Positions 39,778 through 49,647 of a stretch of DNA of 64,000 bases are shown here, piece after piece. The notes under the pieces were generated by a model, which was not told where the DNA came from, did no database searches, and was given only the letters and a program-made list of their open reading frames with translations. The DNA comes from Candidatus Latescibacterota bacterium (GTDB taxonomy: Bacteria > Latescibacterota > UBA2968 > UBA8231): the NCBI GenBank assembly GCA_965200315.1, contig OZ241362.1, positions 4,320,001-4,384,000 of the forward strand, written 5' to 3'. The stretch's first letter is position 1, and each line of letters begins with the position of its first letter. Both the position numbers and the translations under genes were made by a program.

Positions 39778-40883
39778 CTTGGGTGCAGGGCGACGAACAG
39801 GGGATCGCGCTCAAAGGCGCACTTTCGGTGCATACCATCGGCGCACTCGCTCCTCAAGTCCGCGCTCTTATCGCTGCACACCCACGCTCCACATTGCGCA
39901 CTGACTTGCGCCAAGTCGAACACCTCGACACCGCAGGGGCCGTCTTCCTGCGCCGCTTGCCCGCTCTTGCCCTATCCGTGGATAAGGAACTCCGCCTCGA
40001 TGGGCTACCCGCTCACTTGCAGCCCTTTTTCGACTTTGCCACGCCCGCGCCGCCGCCCGCGCCGCCGCCCGCGCCGCCGCCCGCGCCGTCTCGCGCTGCT
40101 CTTGAACGCCTCGGCGCTTGGGTCCGCGCTTGGGGCGTCCGCGCCGCCAGTTTTCTCTACCTGATGGCCGACCTGAGCGTTTTTTCGGTTAGCGCCTTGT
40201 TCCGCCGCGAGCAGATTCGCCGGGGCAGCTTTGGCGAGCAAGCGTACGCGATAGGTGCGCAAGCTTTGCAGATCGTCGGGCTGATCCTCTTTCTCGTCGG
40301 CGCGGTTTCGGCCCTGCAGTCCGCAGCCCAGCTTCGCCAGTTTGGGGCCGATATTTTTGTCGCCAATCTGCTGGGCCTTGGGCTGACCCGCGAGTTGGGG
40401 CCGCTGATGACCGCGATCATGGTATCGGGCCGATCCGGATCGGCTATTGCCGCCGAAATTGCCACCATGAAGTTCACCGAGGAATTGGACGCCCTGCAGA
40501 CTATGGGAATTGACCCACTGCGCTTTGTGGTGGTGCCCAAGCTGTGGGCCATGGTCGTCTGCATGCCGCTTTTGACAGTCATGGCCAATTTCGTTGGTAT
40601 CCTCGGCGGCACCTTCATCGGCTTGGTGTCGCTGGACATCCCGGCTACTGTGTTTCTCAACCAAGTCTTCTCGTCGCTCTTTCTCAAGGATTTGCTCACT
40701 GGGCTGGTTAAAAGCGCGTCCTTTGCGTGGCTTATTGCGATCATCTCGGTGCATCACGGCCTCAATTTCAGCGGTGGGGCGGAGGGCGTTGGCCGGGCGA
40801 CGACTTCGGCGGTCGTGTCGTCGCTGTTTGGTATCATCATCCTCGACGCCTTCTGGGGCATTGTCTTTTATCTCAAATGGTGA
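39774..40883 (+). CDS. mlaE: MlaE-family permease with N-terminal STAS domain
   Basis: HLDTAG (STAS), RELGPLMTAIMVSGRSGSAIAAEIATM, GVGRATTSAVV. Confidence 0.9.
   Translation: MTWVQGDEQGIALKGALSVHTIGALAPQVRALIAAHPRSTLRTDLRQVEHLDTAGAVFLRRLPALALSVDKELRLDGLPAHLQPFFDFATPAPPPAPPPAPPPAPSRAALERLGAWVRAWGVRAASFLYLMADLSVFSVSALFRREQIRRGSFGEQAYAIGAQALQIVGLILFLVGAVSALQSAAQLRQFGADIFVANLLGLGLTRELGPLMTAIMVSGRSGSAIAAEIATMKFTEELDALQTMGIDPLRFVVVPKLWAMVVCMPLLTVMANFVGILGGTFIGLVSLDIPATVFLNQVFSSLFLKDLLTGLVKSASFAWLIAIISVHHGLNFSGGAEGVGRATTSAVVSSLFGIIILDAFWGIVFYLKW
40044..40088. repeat. In-frame 12-bp tandem repeat (CCCGCGCCGCCG x ~3.75) encoding a PAPP linker
   Basis: Directly visible; lies between the STAS and permease domains. 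Confidence 0.9.
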
Positions 40884-41623
40884 CTCGCGTCATTGACATC
40901 CAAAACCTCTGCGTGTCCTACGGCGAGACGGCCGTTCTGCGCGGGATTGACGCGCACGTGGATGAGGGGGAAATCGCCGTCGTGCTCGGGGGCAGCGGCA
41001 GCGGCAAGAGCACCTTGCTCAAGGCGATTATCGGCTTGGTGCAACCCGCCTCGGGCCGCGTCGAAATCCTCGGCCAAGATGCGACCGCCCTCGGCGAGGA
41101 GGAGCTGGCGGCCCTGCGCAAGCGGCTGGGCGTGATGTTCCAATACGGCGCACTGCTCAATTCGTTGACGGTTGAGCAAAACGTGGCCCTGCCCTTGGAA
41201 ATGCACACGGACCTAGAGCGATCTTTGATTGGGGAGATTGCCCGCACCCGCCTCGCCTCGGTGGGCTTAGGGTACGCCTGCGACCGCTATCCCGGCGAGC
41301 TGTCGGGCGGGATGCGCAAACGCGCTGCTCTGGCGCGGGCCATGGTCATGGACCCGGAGATTCTCTTCTGCGACGAGCCGGGCGCGGGCCTCGACCCGGT
41401 CACCGCGGCCGAAATCGACGCGCTGCTCCTCACGCTCAACCGCGAGTTGGGCATCACCATCGCCATTGTCTCGCACGAGCTGCTCAGCATTGAGCGGCTC
41501 GATGGCCGCCTCATCATGCTGGATCAGGGCCAAGTGGCATTTAGTGGCACGGTCGCCGAGGCCAAGCACTCGGAGCATCCGGTCGTCCGCTCCTTCTTTC
41601 ACCCGTCCGATTCGTCCGCATGA
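40877..41623 (+). CDS. mlaF: MlaF-family ABC ATPase
   Basis: GGSGSGKS, FQYGAL, LSGGMRKR, DEPGAGLDP. Confidence 0.9.
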   Translation: MVTRVIDIQNLCVSYGETAVLRGIDAHVDEGEIAVVLGGSGSGKSTLLKAIIGLVQPASGRVEILGQDATALGEEELAALRKRLGVMFQYGALLNSLTVEQNVALPLEMHTDLERSLIGEIARTRLASVGLGYACDRYPGELSGGMRKRAALARAMVMDPEILFCDEPGAGLDPVTAAEIDALLLTLNRELGITIAIVSHELLSIERLDGRLIMLDQGQVAFSGTVAEAKHSEHPVVRSFFHPSDSSA

Positions 41624-42099
41624 AAACCATCATCATCGCCGCTCTGAGCGAAAATAGGGTCATTGGCCGCGACAATGCGATCCCGTGGCACTACCCGGCC
41701 GATATGAAGCACTTCCGCCGCGTCACGCGGGGCCACGCGGTCGTAGCCGGCCGCAAGACCTACGAGACCTTTCAGACGCGCCCCTTGCCCCAGCGCCGCA
41801 ACTTCGTCCTCACTCGCAATCCGGCCTACGCGGTCGCCGAGGGCGTGGTGGTCTGCGCGAGTTGGGCCGAAGTTTTGCAGTGCGCCCGCGCCCACGGCAG
41901 CGAAAAACTCTTCGTGCTTGGCGGTGCCCAAGTCTATGAGCAGGCCCTGTCGTTAGCCGACGAAATGATTCTGACGCACTTGCCCATCCAAGTTGAGGGC
42001 GACGCGTACTTTCCGGCGTGGGACGAAGGCGAATGGGAGGTGGTCGAAAGGCGCGGCCAAGGCGAGCTGGTTTTTGCGACGTACTGCCGCCGCTATTGA
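41620..42099 (+). CDS. folA: Dihydrofolate reductase
   Basis: ENRVIG..IPW..PADMKHF, GRKTYE, RPLP.RRN, LGGAQVY, GDAYFP. Confidence 0.95.
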   Translation: MKTIIIAALSENRVIGRDNAIPWHYPADMKHFRRVTRGHAVVAGRKTYETFQTRPLPQRRNFVLTRNPAYAVAEGVVVCASWAEVLQCARAHGSEKLFVLGGAQVYEQALSLADEMILTHLPIQVEGDAYFPAWDEGEWEVVERRGQGELVFATYCRRY

Positions 42100-42169
42100 G
42101 GGTTTGATTATAAGGACAGGCGGTGTACATTCACCTTTTTAACGTACCTCGTCAGGAGAGGAGGCCATC

Positions 42170-42895
42170 ATGCAACGCAGCCTTTTTTTCGCCCTAATCC
42201 TGTGGGCCTTGCCCGCCGCTGGCGAGGACGGCCTGCTGGGCACTTGGGAAGGTGTTGAGGAAGGAGTCGAGTTGGCCACAGTAGAAGAAAACGGCACCCT
42301 CTACATCGAAACGGCAGAGGGCGAAACCACTCTCCGGGCCACCTTTGCCGAAGACAACTCCTGCCAACTTGACACTGAGATGCGTTTCGTTGGCGTCGAT
42401 GTCTTCGCTATATTGTTACTCTCACTAGAGGGAGCTCCCCGTTTGGTGGACGTCGCCAACGCAGCGGATTCGACTATCGACTTAGATGTCTTGCATCAGC
42501 TAGCTATTAATGCACTTGCAGGTACGCATGGGGGGTATTCGATGAGTTTTGCTTGGATGGGTACCTATAGCACCGAGGGAAACAGTGTGCGGTTGGATAT
42601 TGACGAAGCTGCTCTGTATTTGGGCGATACGGAGGCTGGCGAGTTCTTTATCAACTTCTTTGCTGAGGTACTCGGCGCGGACGAGCTGCCCGACGATTTA
42701 GTGGCAGAGATTACTTCCCACTTCGGCGATACGTCCGAACGGGGATGGACTATCACTGCTAATTTCTCAAGTGACAGTAATAATCTCGTCTTCCCGCATC
42801 CAAACGGCTCTGCCGACACCTTCGAGCTGGCCCGTGTTTCCAGCCCCACAGCCGTGGCCCCCATCAGTTGGGGAGACCTAAAAGATAGGTGGTAG
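42170..42895 (+). CDS. Secreted acidic protein with C-terminal PTAVAPISWGDLK motif
   Basis: Signal peptide (..WALPAAG), LLGTW lipocalin-like start, RBS GGAGG. Confidence 0.7.
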   Translation: MQRSLFFALILWALPAAGEDGLLGTWEGVEEGVELATVEENGTLYIETAEGETTLRATFAEDNSCQLDTEMRFVGVDVFAILLLSLEGAPRLVDVANAADSTIDLDVLHQLAINALAGTHGGYSMSFAWMGTYSTEGNSVRLDIDEAALYLGDTEAGEFFINFFAEVLGADELPDDLVAEITSHFGDTSERGWTITANFSSDSNNLVFPHPNGSADTFELARVSSPTAVAPISWGDLKDRW

Positions 42896-42903
42896 TATAA
42901 AGC

Positions 42904-44088
42904 ATGTTCAAACAATTAACGATGGCGCCGGCCGACCCCATTATGGGGCTGAGCGCGGCGTTCAAAAGCGACCCCAATCCAAACAAAATCAACCTCAGTG
43001 TAGGCGTCTATCAGGACGCGAGCGGCCAGACGCCGGTTTTGGCCTCGGTGCAAACGGCGCAAGAGCGCGTGTTGGCCGCGGAAAAGACCAAGAGCTATTT
43101 GAGCATTGAGGGCAGCGCGGAATACGGCGCGGCCGTGCGGGCGCTAATTTTGGGCGGCGGGCACGAGGCGGCCGAGCGCGCCGTCACCGTGCAAAGCCCC
43201 GGCGGCACCGGCGCCTTGCGCTTGGCTGGCGATTTCCTCGCCCAACAGCTAGGCGACCGGCCCGTGTGGATAAGCGAGCCTACTTGGGCTAATCACCCCA
43301 AGGTCTTTGCCGCGGCCGGCCTACAGGTCGAGACCTATCCCTATTTCGACGGCTGCACCAATAGCCTCGACGCCGACGCCTTGCTCGCCGCGCTCGGGCA
43401 AATCCCCTCCGGCCACGTGGTGTTGCTGCACGGCTGTTGCCACAATCCCACCGGCTGCGACCCTTCCCCGGACACTTGGCGGCAGATCGCTGAGGTCGTC
43501 GTCGAGCGCGGCCTGTTGCCCTTAGTCGATTTTGCCTATCAGGGTTTTGGCGATGGGTTGGACGAGGACGCGACGGGTCTGCGGACGCTCTGCGGCACGG
43601 GCTGCGAGTTGCTGGTGGCCAGTTCCTTTTCCAAGAATTTCGGCCTGTACAACGAGCGCGTCGGCGCCCTGACGTTGATCGGTGCAGACGCCGATGCCGC
43701 GGAAAGGGCCTTGAGCCACCTCAAAATAGCCGCGCGCACCAGTTACTCCAATCCCCCGGCCCACGGCGCGGCCATGGTCCGCGAAATCCTCGGCGACGCG
43801 GTGCTGCGCCGCCAATGGGAAGGCGAATTGGCCCAGATGCGCGAGCGGATCAATCGCGTACGCCAACAGCTCGGCGCTCGGCTCGGCGAGCAGGGCGTGG
43901 AGCGCGACTTTTCGTTTATCAAGCGGCAGCGGGGGATGTTCTCTTTCTCGGGCTTGAACGCCGAACAGGTCGAGGTGCTGCGGGAGCAGTACGCGATCTA
44001 CATCGTCGCGGGAGGGCGCATCAACGTCGCGGGCCTGACCGAAGGCAACCTCGATTACTTCTGCTCTTCGGTGGCCGCTGTCTTGTAG
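42904..44088 (+). CDS. aspC: Aspartate/aromatic amino acid aminotransferase
   Basis: KINLSVGVY, GGTGAL, HNPTG, DFAYQGF, SFSKNFGLYNERVG, GRINVAG. Confidence 0.93.
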   Translation: MFKQLTMAPADPIMGLSAAFKSDPNPNKINLSVGVYQDASGQTPVLASVQTAQERVLAAEKTKSYLSIEGSAEYGAAVRALILGGGHEAAERAVTVQSPGGTGALRLAGDFLAQQLGDRPVWISEPTWANHPKVFAAAGLQVETYPYFDGCTNSLDADALLAALGQIPSGHVVLLHGCCHNPTGCDPSPDTWRQIAEVVVERGLLPLVDFAYQGFGDGLDEDATGLRTLCGTGCELLVASSFSKNFGLYNERVGALTLIGADADAAERALSHLKIAARTSYSNPPAHGAAMVREILGDAVLRRQWEGELAQMRERINRVRQQLGARLGEQGVERDFSFIKRQRGMFSFSGLNAEQVEVLREQYAIYIVAGGRINVAGLTEGNLDYFCSSVAAVL

Positions 44089-45153
44089 CTACTGCACAGA
44101 AAAACTCAGGGCGCGCACCAGCACTGGGGTGCCGGTGAGGATTTCCGCTTGGCTCGACAGGGTGTTGCCGTCGTCGTACACGATGGTCTCTGGCCGGCCT
44201 AGGGAAATATCCTCTTCGCCGCGCAAAACTTCGAGAGGTTCGGGGTGCTGAAGAAATTCGATCAGAGCCTTGTCGAGCTGTTCCAGCCCGGTGAAGCGGT
44301 CGATTTGCCCATCGCGGACCAGCGTGGCGAACTGCTCGAAGAACGGCCCGGCATTCTCGGCCAATAGCCGCGGACCAGCGAGGAAGTACAGGGTGTAGAC
44401 TTGATCAATCTCGTTGAAGGCGATCCAATCGTTCTCCCCGGGGCCGTATTGGACGATGTCCGAATAGACGAATTGTTCGTCAAATACGGTCTCTAACGCG
44501 CCGGTGGAACTGCACAAAAAGGCGTGGACTTCGGCGTCGCGGCTTAGCTTAAAGCGCAGTTGCATCCGGTCGCCTTGCTGCAACTGCACACCCTCCGCTA
44601 GTTCGACGACTTGGGCGACGCCTCCTTCTTCGCGCTTGGCAATCAGGTGCAGTTCCACTTCAATTGGCTCATCGCTCGCACTGGTTCCAAGCTGGCGCGA
44701 GGAAAGTTCCTCGCGCACGTCTCGCGCCAAGATGCGCGTGGTGCGAGACGCCAAGAGCTTGCCGTTGGCTCGCTCGACTAAAAACATCCGCACGTACATC
44801 CACGGGGCGTCTGCTTCGAGCCGCCCCCCCAACGCGACCTCGGCGCTCCCTCCTTGCTTTAGGCCGACTAATTCCTCGCCGCGCCACCGCCTCCCGGTCG
44901 TGTCCGCCAATCCCACCGCGACCTCGGCCCTCATCAGCGCGGACAGCACATAGTCGTCGAGCACCTTGGTCTCCTCGGTCTGCACGCCAGCGGGGTCGCG
45001 CAAGCCCAGCCAGTCAACTGCGCCCTCCCGGGTCTCGGCGATTTCCACGAGGTCTTGGGCCGCACTCGCTAGTTGACGGCTTTGGTCCGGCCCGCCGATA
45101 AAAGGCACACAGCCGCCAAGCGAGAGTGCGAGTGCAATCACCAAGCCAGTCAT
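44089..45153 (-). CDS. Lipoprotein with probable DUF4384-like domain
   Basis: Lipobox LGGC; LQQGDRMQLRFKLSRDAEVHAF. Confidence 0.55.
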   Translation of the reverse strand: MTGLVIALALSLGGCVPFIGGPDQSRQLASAAQDLVEIAETREGAVDWLGLRDPAGVQTEETKVLDDYVLSALMRAEVAVGLADTTGRRWRGEELVGLKQGGSAEVALGGRLEADAPWMYVRMFLVERANGKLLASRTTRILARDVREELSSRQLGTSASDEPIEVELHLIAKREEGGVAQVVELAEGVQLQQGDRMQLRFKLSRDAEVHAFLCSSTGALETVFDEQFVYSDIVQYGPGENDWIAFNEIDQVYTLYFLAGPRLLAENAGPFFEQFATLVRDGQIDRFTGLEQLDKALIEFLQHPEPLEVLRGEEDISLGRPETIVYDDGNTLSSQAEILTGTPVLVRALSFSVQ

Positions 45154-45154
45154 G

Positions 45155-46849
45155 TTACTTCTCCAGCCGCCGCAAAACGGGCAACAGCATATCCTCGGCC
45201 ACGCGCTCCCAACTCATCTTTTGGGCCGCGGCATAGCCTTCGGCGAGCAGTTTTTTGCGGCCAGTCGCGCCCGCAGACAACTGGCTGGCCAAGGCGCTGG
45301 CCACCACCTGACTTTGCAATGCTTCGGCCTGTGTGCGTTCGCGCATTCCAATCGGCTGGTCGGCGCAGAGCTGGGTATAGGCCCCCTCAATAAAGCCGTC
45401 CAAGCCCGCCTCGCCGGCTGCTTGGCGCACAAAGCCGCGGCAACCGCACACATCGCTGACCACGCTGATGGTGCCAGCGCTCAAGCACTCGACTTGAGAA
45501 ATGCCGAAAGGCTCGTAAATCGACTGCCCGAACTCCGCGTCGCTGCCGCGGCGCAAATCGGCAAACTCCGCGTTGGCCGGCAGGAACGCGCAGCTTTGCT
45601 GGTCCCATCCGAATTGGTTGACGAAAAGCACTTTGACGGCGCGTGTGCGCACATTAAAGGCGCGGACTAAAAGGTCGAATGTTAGCTCGCCGCTGCTGAG
45701 GTCGCTTCCTCCCTCGCGATGGACCAACGGCCAACCGGACGCGGCCATGCGCTGGACGTCCGCGGGATCGCGGCGGCCGGTCTCGGTCGCCAACGCGATA
45801 AACAGCGCCCGTTGCCCCCGCTCCCACAGGTGGCGGTCGAGGTGTTCGAGTACCAGCAAGTCGCGCCACAAGCCCTTGCTCTCGACTAAGCGCGCGACGT
45901 GGGTGAAGACCAGATCCGGGGTCCAACCCAAGAGCGCGGCTCCGCTGGCCTGCACCTTTTCCCGCGCTGCTTCGCGCTCGGCTGCGGACAACTCGGCGGC
46001 CGGTACGCCGTTATACACGAGGTCAATGGGACAAGCAGCGAATTCCGGCCCGAGAAAGCGCAGCTCCTCCACCACCCAATCGCCGACGGCGAGGACTGCG
46101 TCGAGACGCCAGGCTTGGCTGACGAGAGCGTGTTTGAAATAGCCGTCTTGCGGGCCGAATAGATCGTGGATGTACTGGCCGTTGGCTCGCGCTTGGCGCA
46201 GGGCATTGTAAAAGGCAATGTCGCGCCCGGGCCGCTCCTCCACCAAGGGCCGCACGGTCGCCACTTCGTGCGCGTAGAACAGGGTCTTACACGCTGCATC
46301 GCTCATCAGGGCCTTGAAGGCGGTTCCTAGCCCCATGAATTCGTGCGCCAACAGCAAGAAGGGCGCGTCCCCAACCAAGGAGCGCACGGCCGCGAAACCC
46401 GGCTCGGCTAGGCGCAGGTATTGCTCGTATTCCCAGTGGTGTTCGTAGCGGTGCGATTCGAGGCCAAAGCGGAGGAATAGGTCGCGTTTGAATTCGTTTA
46501 GCCGCAGAGGCGGGTGGCTTACGTCCACTAGCAGCACTTCGGGCGCGGCGCGGCGTCCGTCTTGGGTCAGCAAACGCCGGCCATAGACCAAGCGCACGCC
46601 AAACTCCCGCTCGACCGAGCCGAGTTGGGCGGCGACGTCGGCGGCGCGGATGCTGCGGCTGGCGTCGTAGAGAATCTTGCCGGCCGGGCCGAGCGGTTGG
46701 GTGTTGTCTGGGTCGGCTAGGGGGCCGAGCAGGATGGTGCGCTGGCAATGGCTCTGGTAGCTGCGGGCCGTGATCAGGCCGCGCAGGACCGTGCCAATTC
46801 CACCGGCTTGCTGCACGGCCTCGTGCGTGACGTGGACGAGCGTGGCCAT
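45155..46849 (-). CDS. GT-B glycosyltransferase, GT3 glycogen-synthase-like
   Basis: THEAVQQAGGIGTV, AHEFMG, AHE.AT, VYNG, SKG, YEPFGIS. Confidence 0.7.
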   Translation of the reverse strand: MATLVHVTHEAVQQAGGIGTVLRGLITARSYQSHCQRTILLGPLADPDNTQPLGPAGKILYDASRSIRAADVAAQLGSVEREFGVRLVYGRRLLTQDGRRAAPEVLLVDVSHPPLRLNEFKRDLFLRFGLESHRYEHHWEYEQYLRLAEPGFAAVRSLVGDAPFLLLAHEFMGLGTAFKALMSDAACKTLFYAHEVATVRPLVEERPGRDIAFYNALRQARANGQYIHDLFGPQDGYFKHALVSQAWRLDAVLAVGDWVVEELRFLGPEFAACPIDLVYNGVPAAELSAAEREAAREKVQASGAALLGWTPDLVFTHVARLVESKGLWRDLLVLEHLDRHLWERGQRALFIALATETGRRDPADVQRMAASGWPLVHREGGSDLSSGELTFDLLVRAFNVRTRAVKVLFVNQFGWDQQSCAFLPANAEFADLRRGSDAEFGQSIYEPFGISQVECLSAGTISVVSDVCGCRGFVRQAAGEAGLDGFIEGAYTQLCADQPIGMRERTQAEALQSQVVASALASQLSAGATGRKKLLAEGYAAAQKMSWERVAEDMLLPVLRRLEK

Positions 46850-46959
46850 ACTAAAAAACATAGATTGCCGGACATTTTCTGTCTAATGTCAGCAGTGCAA
46901 CCAGACTTTGCGTACATTTGCCACACACTGTAAACCAGCAACTTTTTTTGGGAAACAAA

Positions 46960-47817
46960 ATGCTCGCTCCATTGCCCTCCGCCGCGTATGACCAACTCAT
47001 CGACCTAGCCTTGCGGGAAGACCTCGGCTCTGTAGATGTAGAAGCCGATCTGACCGCTGCTTGGACTGTGGAGAGCGATGCCGAGACTCGTGCGCGCATC
47101 ATCGCCCGCCAAGCTGGGGTCGTCGCGGGTATTGAGGTAGCACGCGCGGTTTTCGCCCGTCTCGATCGGAGCATTGCCGCGTGTGCTGAGGTCGCCGACG
47201 GGGACGAGGTCGCAGAAGACCAGACCCTCATCCGCTTGCAGGGGCGCGCTCGTTCGCTCTTGGTGGGGGAGCGCACGGCGCTCAATTTCCTGCAACAGCT
47301 TTCGGGCGTGGCCACTCTGACCCGGTGCTATGTAGAGGCCCTAAGCGGCACGGCTACGCGCATCACCGACACCCGCAAAACCACCCCAGGCTGGCGGCAC
47401 TTACAGAAGTGGGCTGTGCGCTTGGGCGGGGGCGTCAATCACCGCATGGGCCTGTACGACGCCGTGCTGATCAAGGAAAACCACGCTGCCGCTGCGGGCG
47501 GCGTCGGCGCTGCCATCCGCGCGGCCCGTGGCCAATCAGCGCCGATCTACGCGGAAGCCGAAAATCTCGCGGAGGTCGAGGAGGCCCTAGCGGGCGGCCC
47601 GGACCGCATCCTGCTCGACAACATGGACGCGCCGACCCTACGCCGGGCCGTAGTGCTCATTCGCGTTGTCAATCCCGCCGTTGAGATTGAGGCCACCGGC
47701 GGTTATACCTTAGCGACCGTGCGCGAGGCCGCTGCCGCTGGGGTGGACTTCGTCTCGATCGGTGCCCTGACGCATTCGGCACCAGCGCTGGATTTGAGCA
47801 TGCTTTTTGAGGGATAG
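46960..47817 (+). CDS. nadC: Nicotinate-nucleotide pyrophosphorylase (carboxylating)
   Basis: ERTALN, DTRKTTPG, NHRMGLYD, IKENH, LLDN, GALTHSA..DLS. Confidence 0.96.
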   Translation: MLAPLPSAAYDQLIDLALREDLGSVDVEADLTAAWTVESDAETRARIIARQAGVVAGIEVARAVFARLDRSIAACAEVADGDEVAEDQTLIRLQGRARSLLVGERTALNFLQQLSGVATLTRCYVEALSGTATRITDTRKTTPGWRHLQKWAVRLGGGVNHRMGLYDAVLIKENHAAAAGGVGAAIRAARGQSAPIYAEAENLAEVEEALAGGPDRILLDNMDAPTLRRAVVLIRVVNPAVEIEATGGYTLATVREAAAAGVDFVSIGALTHSAPALDLSMLFEG

Positions 47818-47832
47818 AAGCGATCGGATAAT

Positions 47833-48309
47833 CTAACCGTCCCGCCACTTGCCATAGGGATTGCGCACGAGATTGGCGTTGTAATAGCGCGGATCGTCTG
47901 ACACTTCGACACCGGCCCAAGGAGGTTTCTCCACGACTTCTTCTTGGCTGCTCAGTTCGACTTCGGCGAGCACCAATCCTTCGTTTTCGCCAGAAAATAC
48001 GTCAATGGTCCAGACCTTGCCCGCCCAAGGCAAGGTATAGCGCGTCTTTTCAATATGGGGCCGCTGGCACAGGGTCGCTAGGATGCTCTCGGCGTCTTGG
48101 CGCGGGATTTCGTATTCGTACTCGCGGCGCGTGATGCCGCTAGTCTCCCCTTTGAGCGTGAGTACTGACCGCTCGCCCTCGATCCGCACGCGCACTACGC
48201 CGCTGTCTTGGATGGGAATGTAGCCCTGCCGAAAGGCGACACCCGCTAGCTGGTCGATGCAAGAGCGATCGGCCACGAGGTACTTGCGCTCGATTTCCCA
48301 AGACGTCAC
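47833..48309 (-). CDS. CYTH domain protein
   Basis: EIERKYLV, QGY, RVR, LTLKG, EYEYEIP, IEKTRY, AEVEL; GTG start after AAGGAG. Confidence 0.92.
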   Translation of the reverse strand: MTSWEIERKYLVADRSCIDQLAGVAFRQGYIPIQDSGVVRVRIEGERSVLTLKGETSGITRREYEYEIPRQDAESILATLCQRPHIEKTRYTLPWAGKVWTIDVFSGENEGLVLAEVELSSQEEVVEKPPWAGVEVSDDPRYYNANLVRNPYGKWRDG

Positions 48310-48635
48310 GATTCTTGCTCCTTTAGGTGCTTGGCCAACCCACGGGCCAAGTCGCCGCGCAAAACGCCGATTACTTGGGCGTCCTCGCGGCCAAAGCCCT
48401 GAGTCAGCACTTCCATTAGCTGTACTTGAAAGACGCGCGTACCCCCGCGTTCTAGGCGAGCTAATTCGCGCAGCGTCCGCTGCGCTAGGTCGCTGCTGGC
48501 AAAGACAAAGGCCAGCCCCTTGGCGCGGCGCACGGCCGACAGGCCGACGACCGTGGCCCCAAAGCGGCAACCGATTCCCAAGAGCGCGGACAGTTGCGCC
48601 GAGGGGTTGAGGTGAGGCAGCTCTTGTTTAGACAA
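48306..48635 (-). CDS. L7Ae/YlxQ-like RNA-binding protein
   Basis: LSALLGI..G..VVG..AV..FVFASSD..T..GRE..VIGV..LARGL pattern; overlaps both neighbours. Confidence 0.6.
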   Translation of the reverse strand: MSKQELPHLNPSAQLSALLGIGCRFGATVVGLSAVRRAKGLAFVFASSDLAQRTLRELARLERGGTRVFQVQLMEVLTQGFGREDAQVIGVLRGDLARGLAKHLKEQES

Positions 48636-49647
48636 AGGCTGGCGTGATGGGCACCGACCCGCGCGCCGCTGAAATGTTGGCTGCTTCGAGGACGCCGATT
48701 ACCCGGCCTGCGGATTCGGGGGTAATGACGAGGTCGGCGCGGCCCCGCAAATGCGCGAAAACATTTTCGTAGTACGCATCCCAATTGGACTCGGCAAAGG
48801 GCACCTCGGCGCTCATCTGACGGCCGTTGATCATCGTCTTGACGAGGTACTTGCCGCCCGCATCCTCGATCGCGCCCTGCGTGCCCAGCACCCGCCAGCG
48901 CGGCCGCGGACTCATCGACAGGTTGGACATGGTCAGGGTCGCGGTGCAGCCGCTGTGGAAGCGCAGCGTGTATTCGGAGTGATCTTCGTTGTCGTATTTT
49001 TTCCACGCGGGGTTTTTGACTTGGTAGCCGCTGACCGAGGTGATTTTTTCCGGGACGATATTCAAAATCCAATCCGTAAAATGCGCCCCCCAGTCGTAGA
49101 TGGCTCCGCCGGAGATTTTGCGATTGGCGCGCCACCAAGTCCCCTGTTCGCCGTAGCCGTAAAATCCGGCCTCAATGCGGAAGACGCGGCCGATGATTTG
49201 CTCTTTGAGGATTAGATCGCGCAGCACCATGAAATCGCCGTCCCAGCGCCGGTTGTGAAACGTCGAGATCAGGGCCTTGTTCTTTTTGGCCGCCGCCTGC
49301 ATGCGTTTGACTTCGGCACTGGTAATGGCGAGGGGCTTTTCGCAGACGACGTGGATCCCGGCATTGAGGCACTGCACGGCTAGCTTGGCGTGCGTGTTGT
49401 GTGGGGTGATGATGGTTACTAAGTCCAAGTTCGCGCTCCGCAGCATGGTGCCGACGCGGCCATAGGTTTTGCTGCCGGGGAAGTCCTCTTCGGCTACTTG
49501 ACGCCGCTCGGGATCCAACTCGCAAACAGCGGCTACCTCTACGCCCTCGTTTTTGGCCATGGAGGTCAAGTGCAATTGACCCATATTGAATGCGCTGCTA
49601 TAGCCTATGACACCTACTCGGAAATGTTCCTGTTTTTTTGCCGCCAC
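48628..49647 (-). CDS. Gfo/Idh/MocA family oxidoreductase
   Basis: ITPHNTH, HVVCEKP, HNRRWDGDF, GGAIYDWGAH. Confidence 0.9.
   Translation of the reverse strand: MAAKKQEHFRVGVIGYSSAFNMGQLHLTSMAKNEGVEVAAVCELDPERRQVAEEDFPGSKTYGRVGTMLRSANLDLVTIITPHNTHAKLAVQCLNAGIHVVCEKPLAITSAEVKRMQAAAKKNKALISTFHNRRWDGDFMVLRDLILKEQIIGRVFRIEAGFYGYGEQGTWWRANRKISGGAIYDWGAHFTDWILNIVPEKITSVSGYQVKNPAWKKYDNEDHSEYTLRFHSGCTATLTMSNLSMSPRPRWRVLGTQGAIEDAGGKYLVKTMINGRQMSAEVPFAESNWDAYYENVFAHLRGRADLVITPESAGRVIGVLEAANISAARGSVPITPAFV

Noticed and set aside
40044-40088. Tandem repeat in mlaE as a phase-variation switch
   Set aside because: The 12-bp unit is in frame and only alters linker length.
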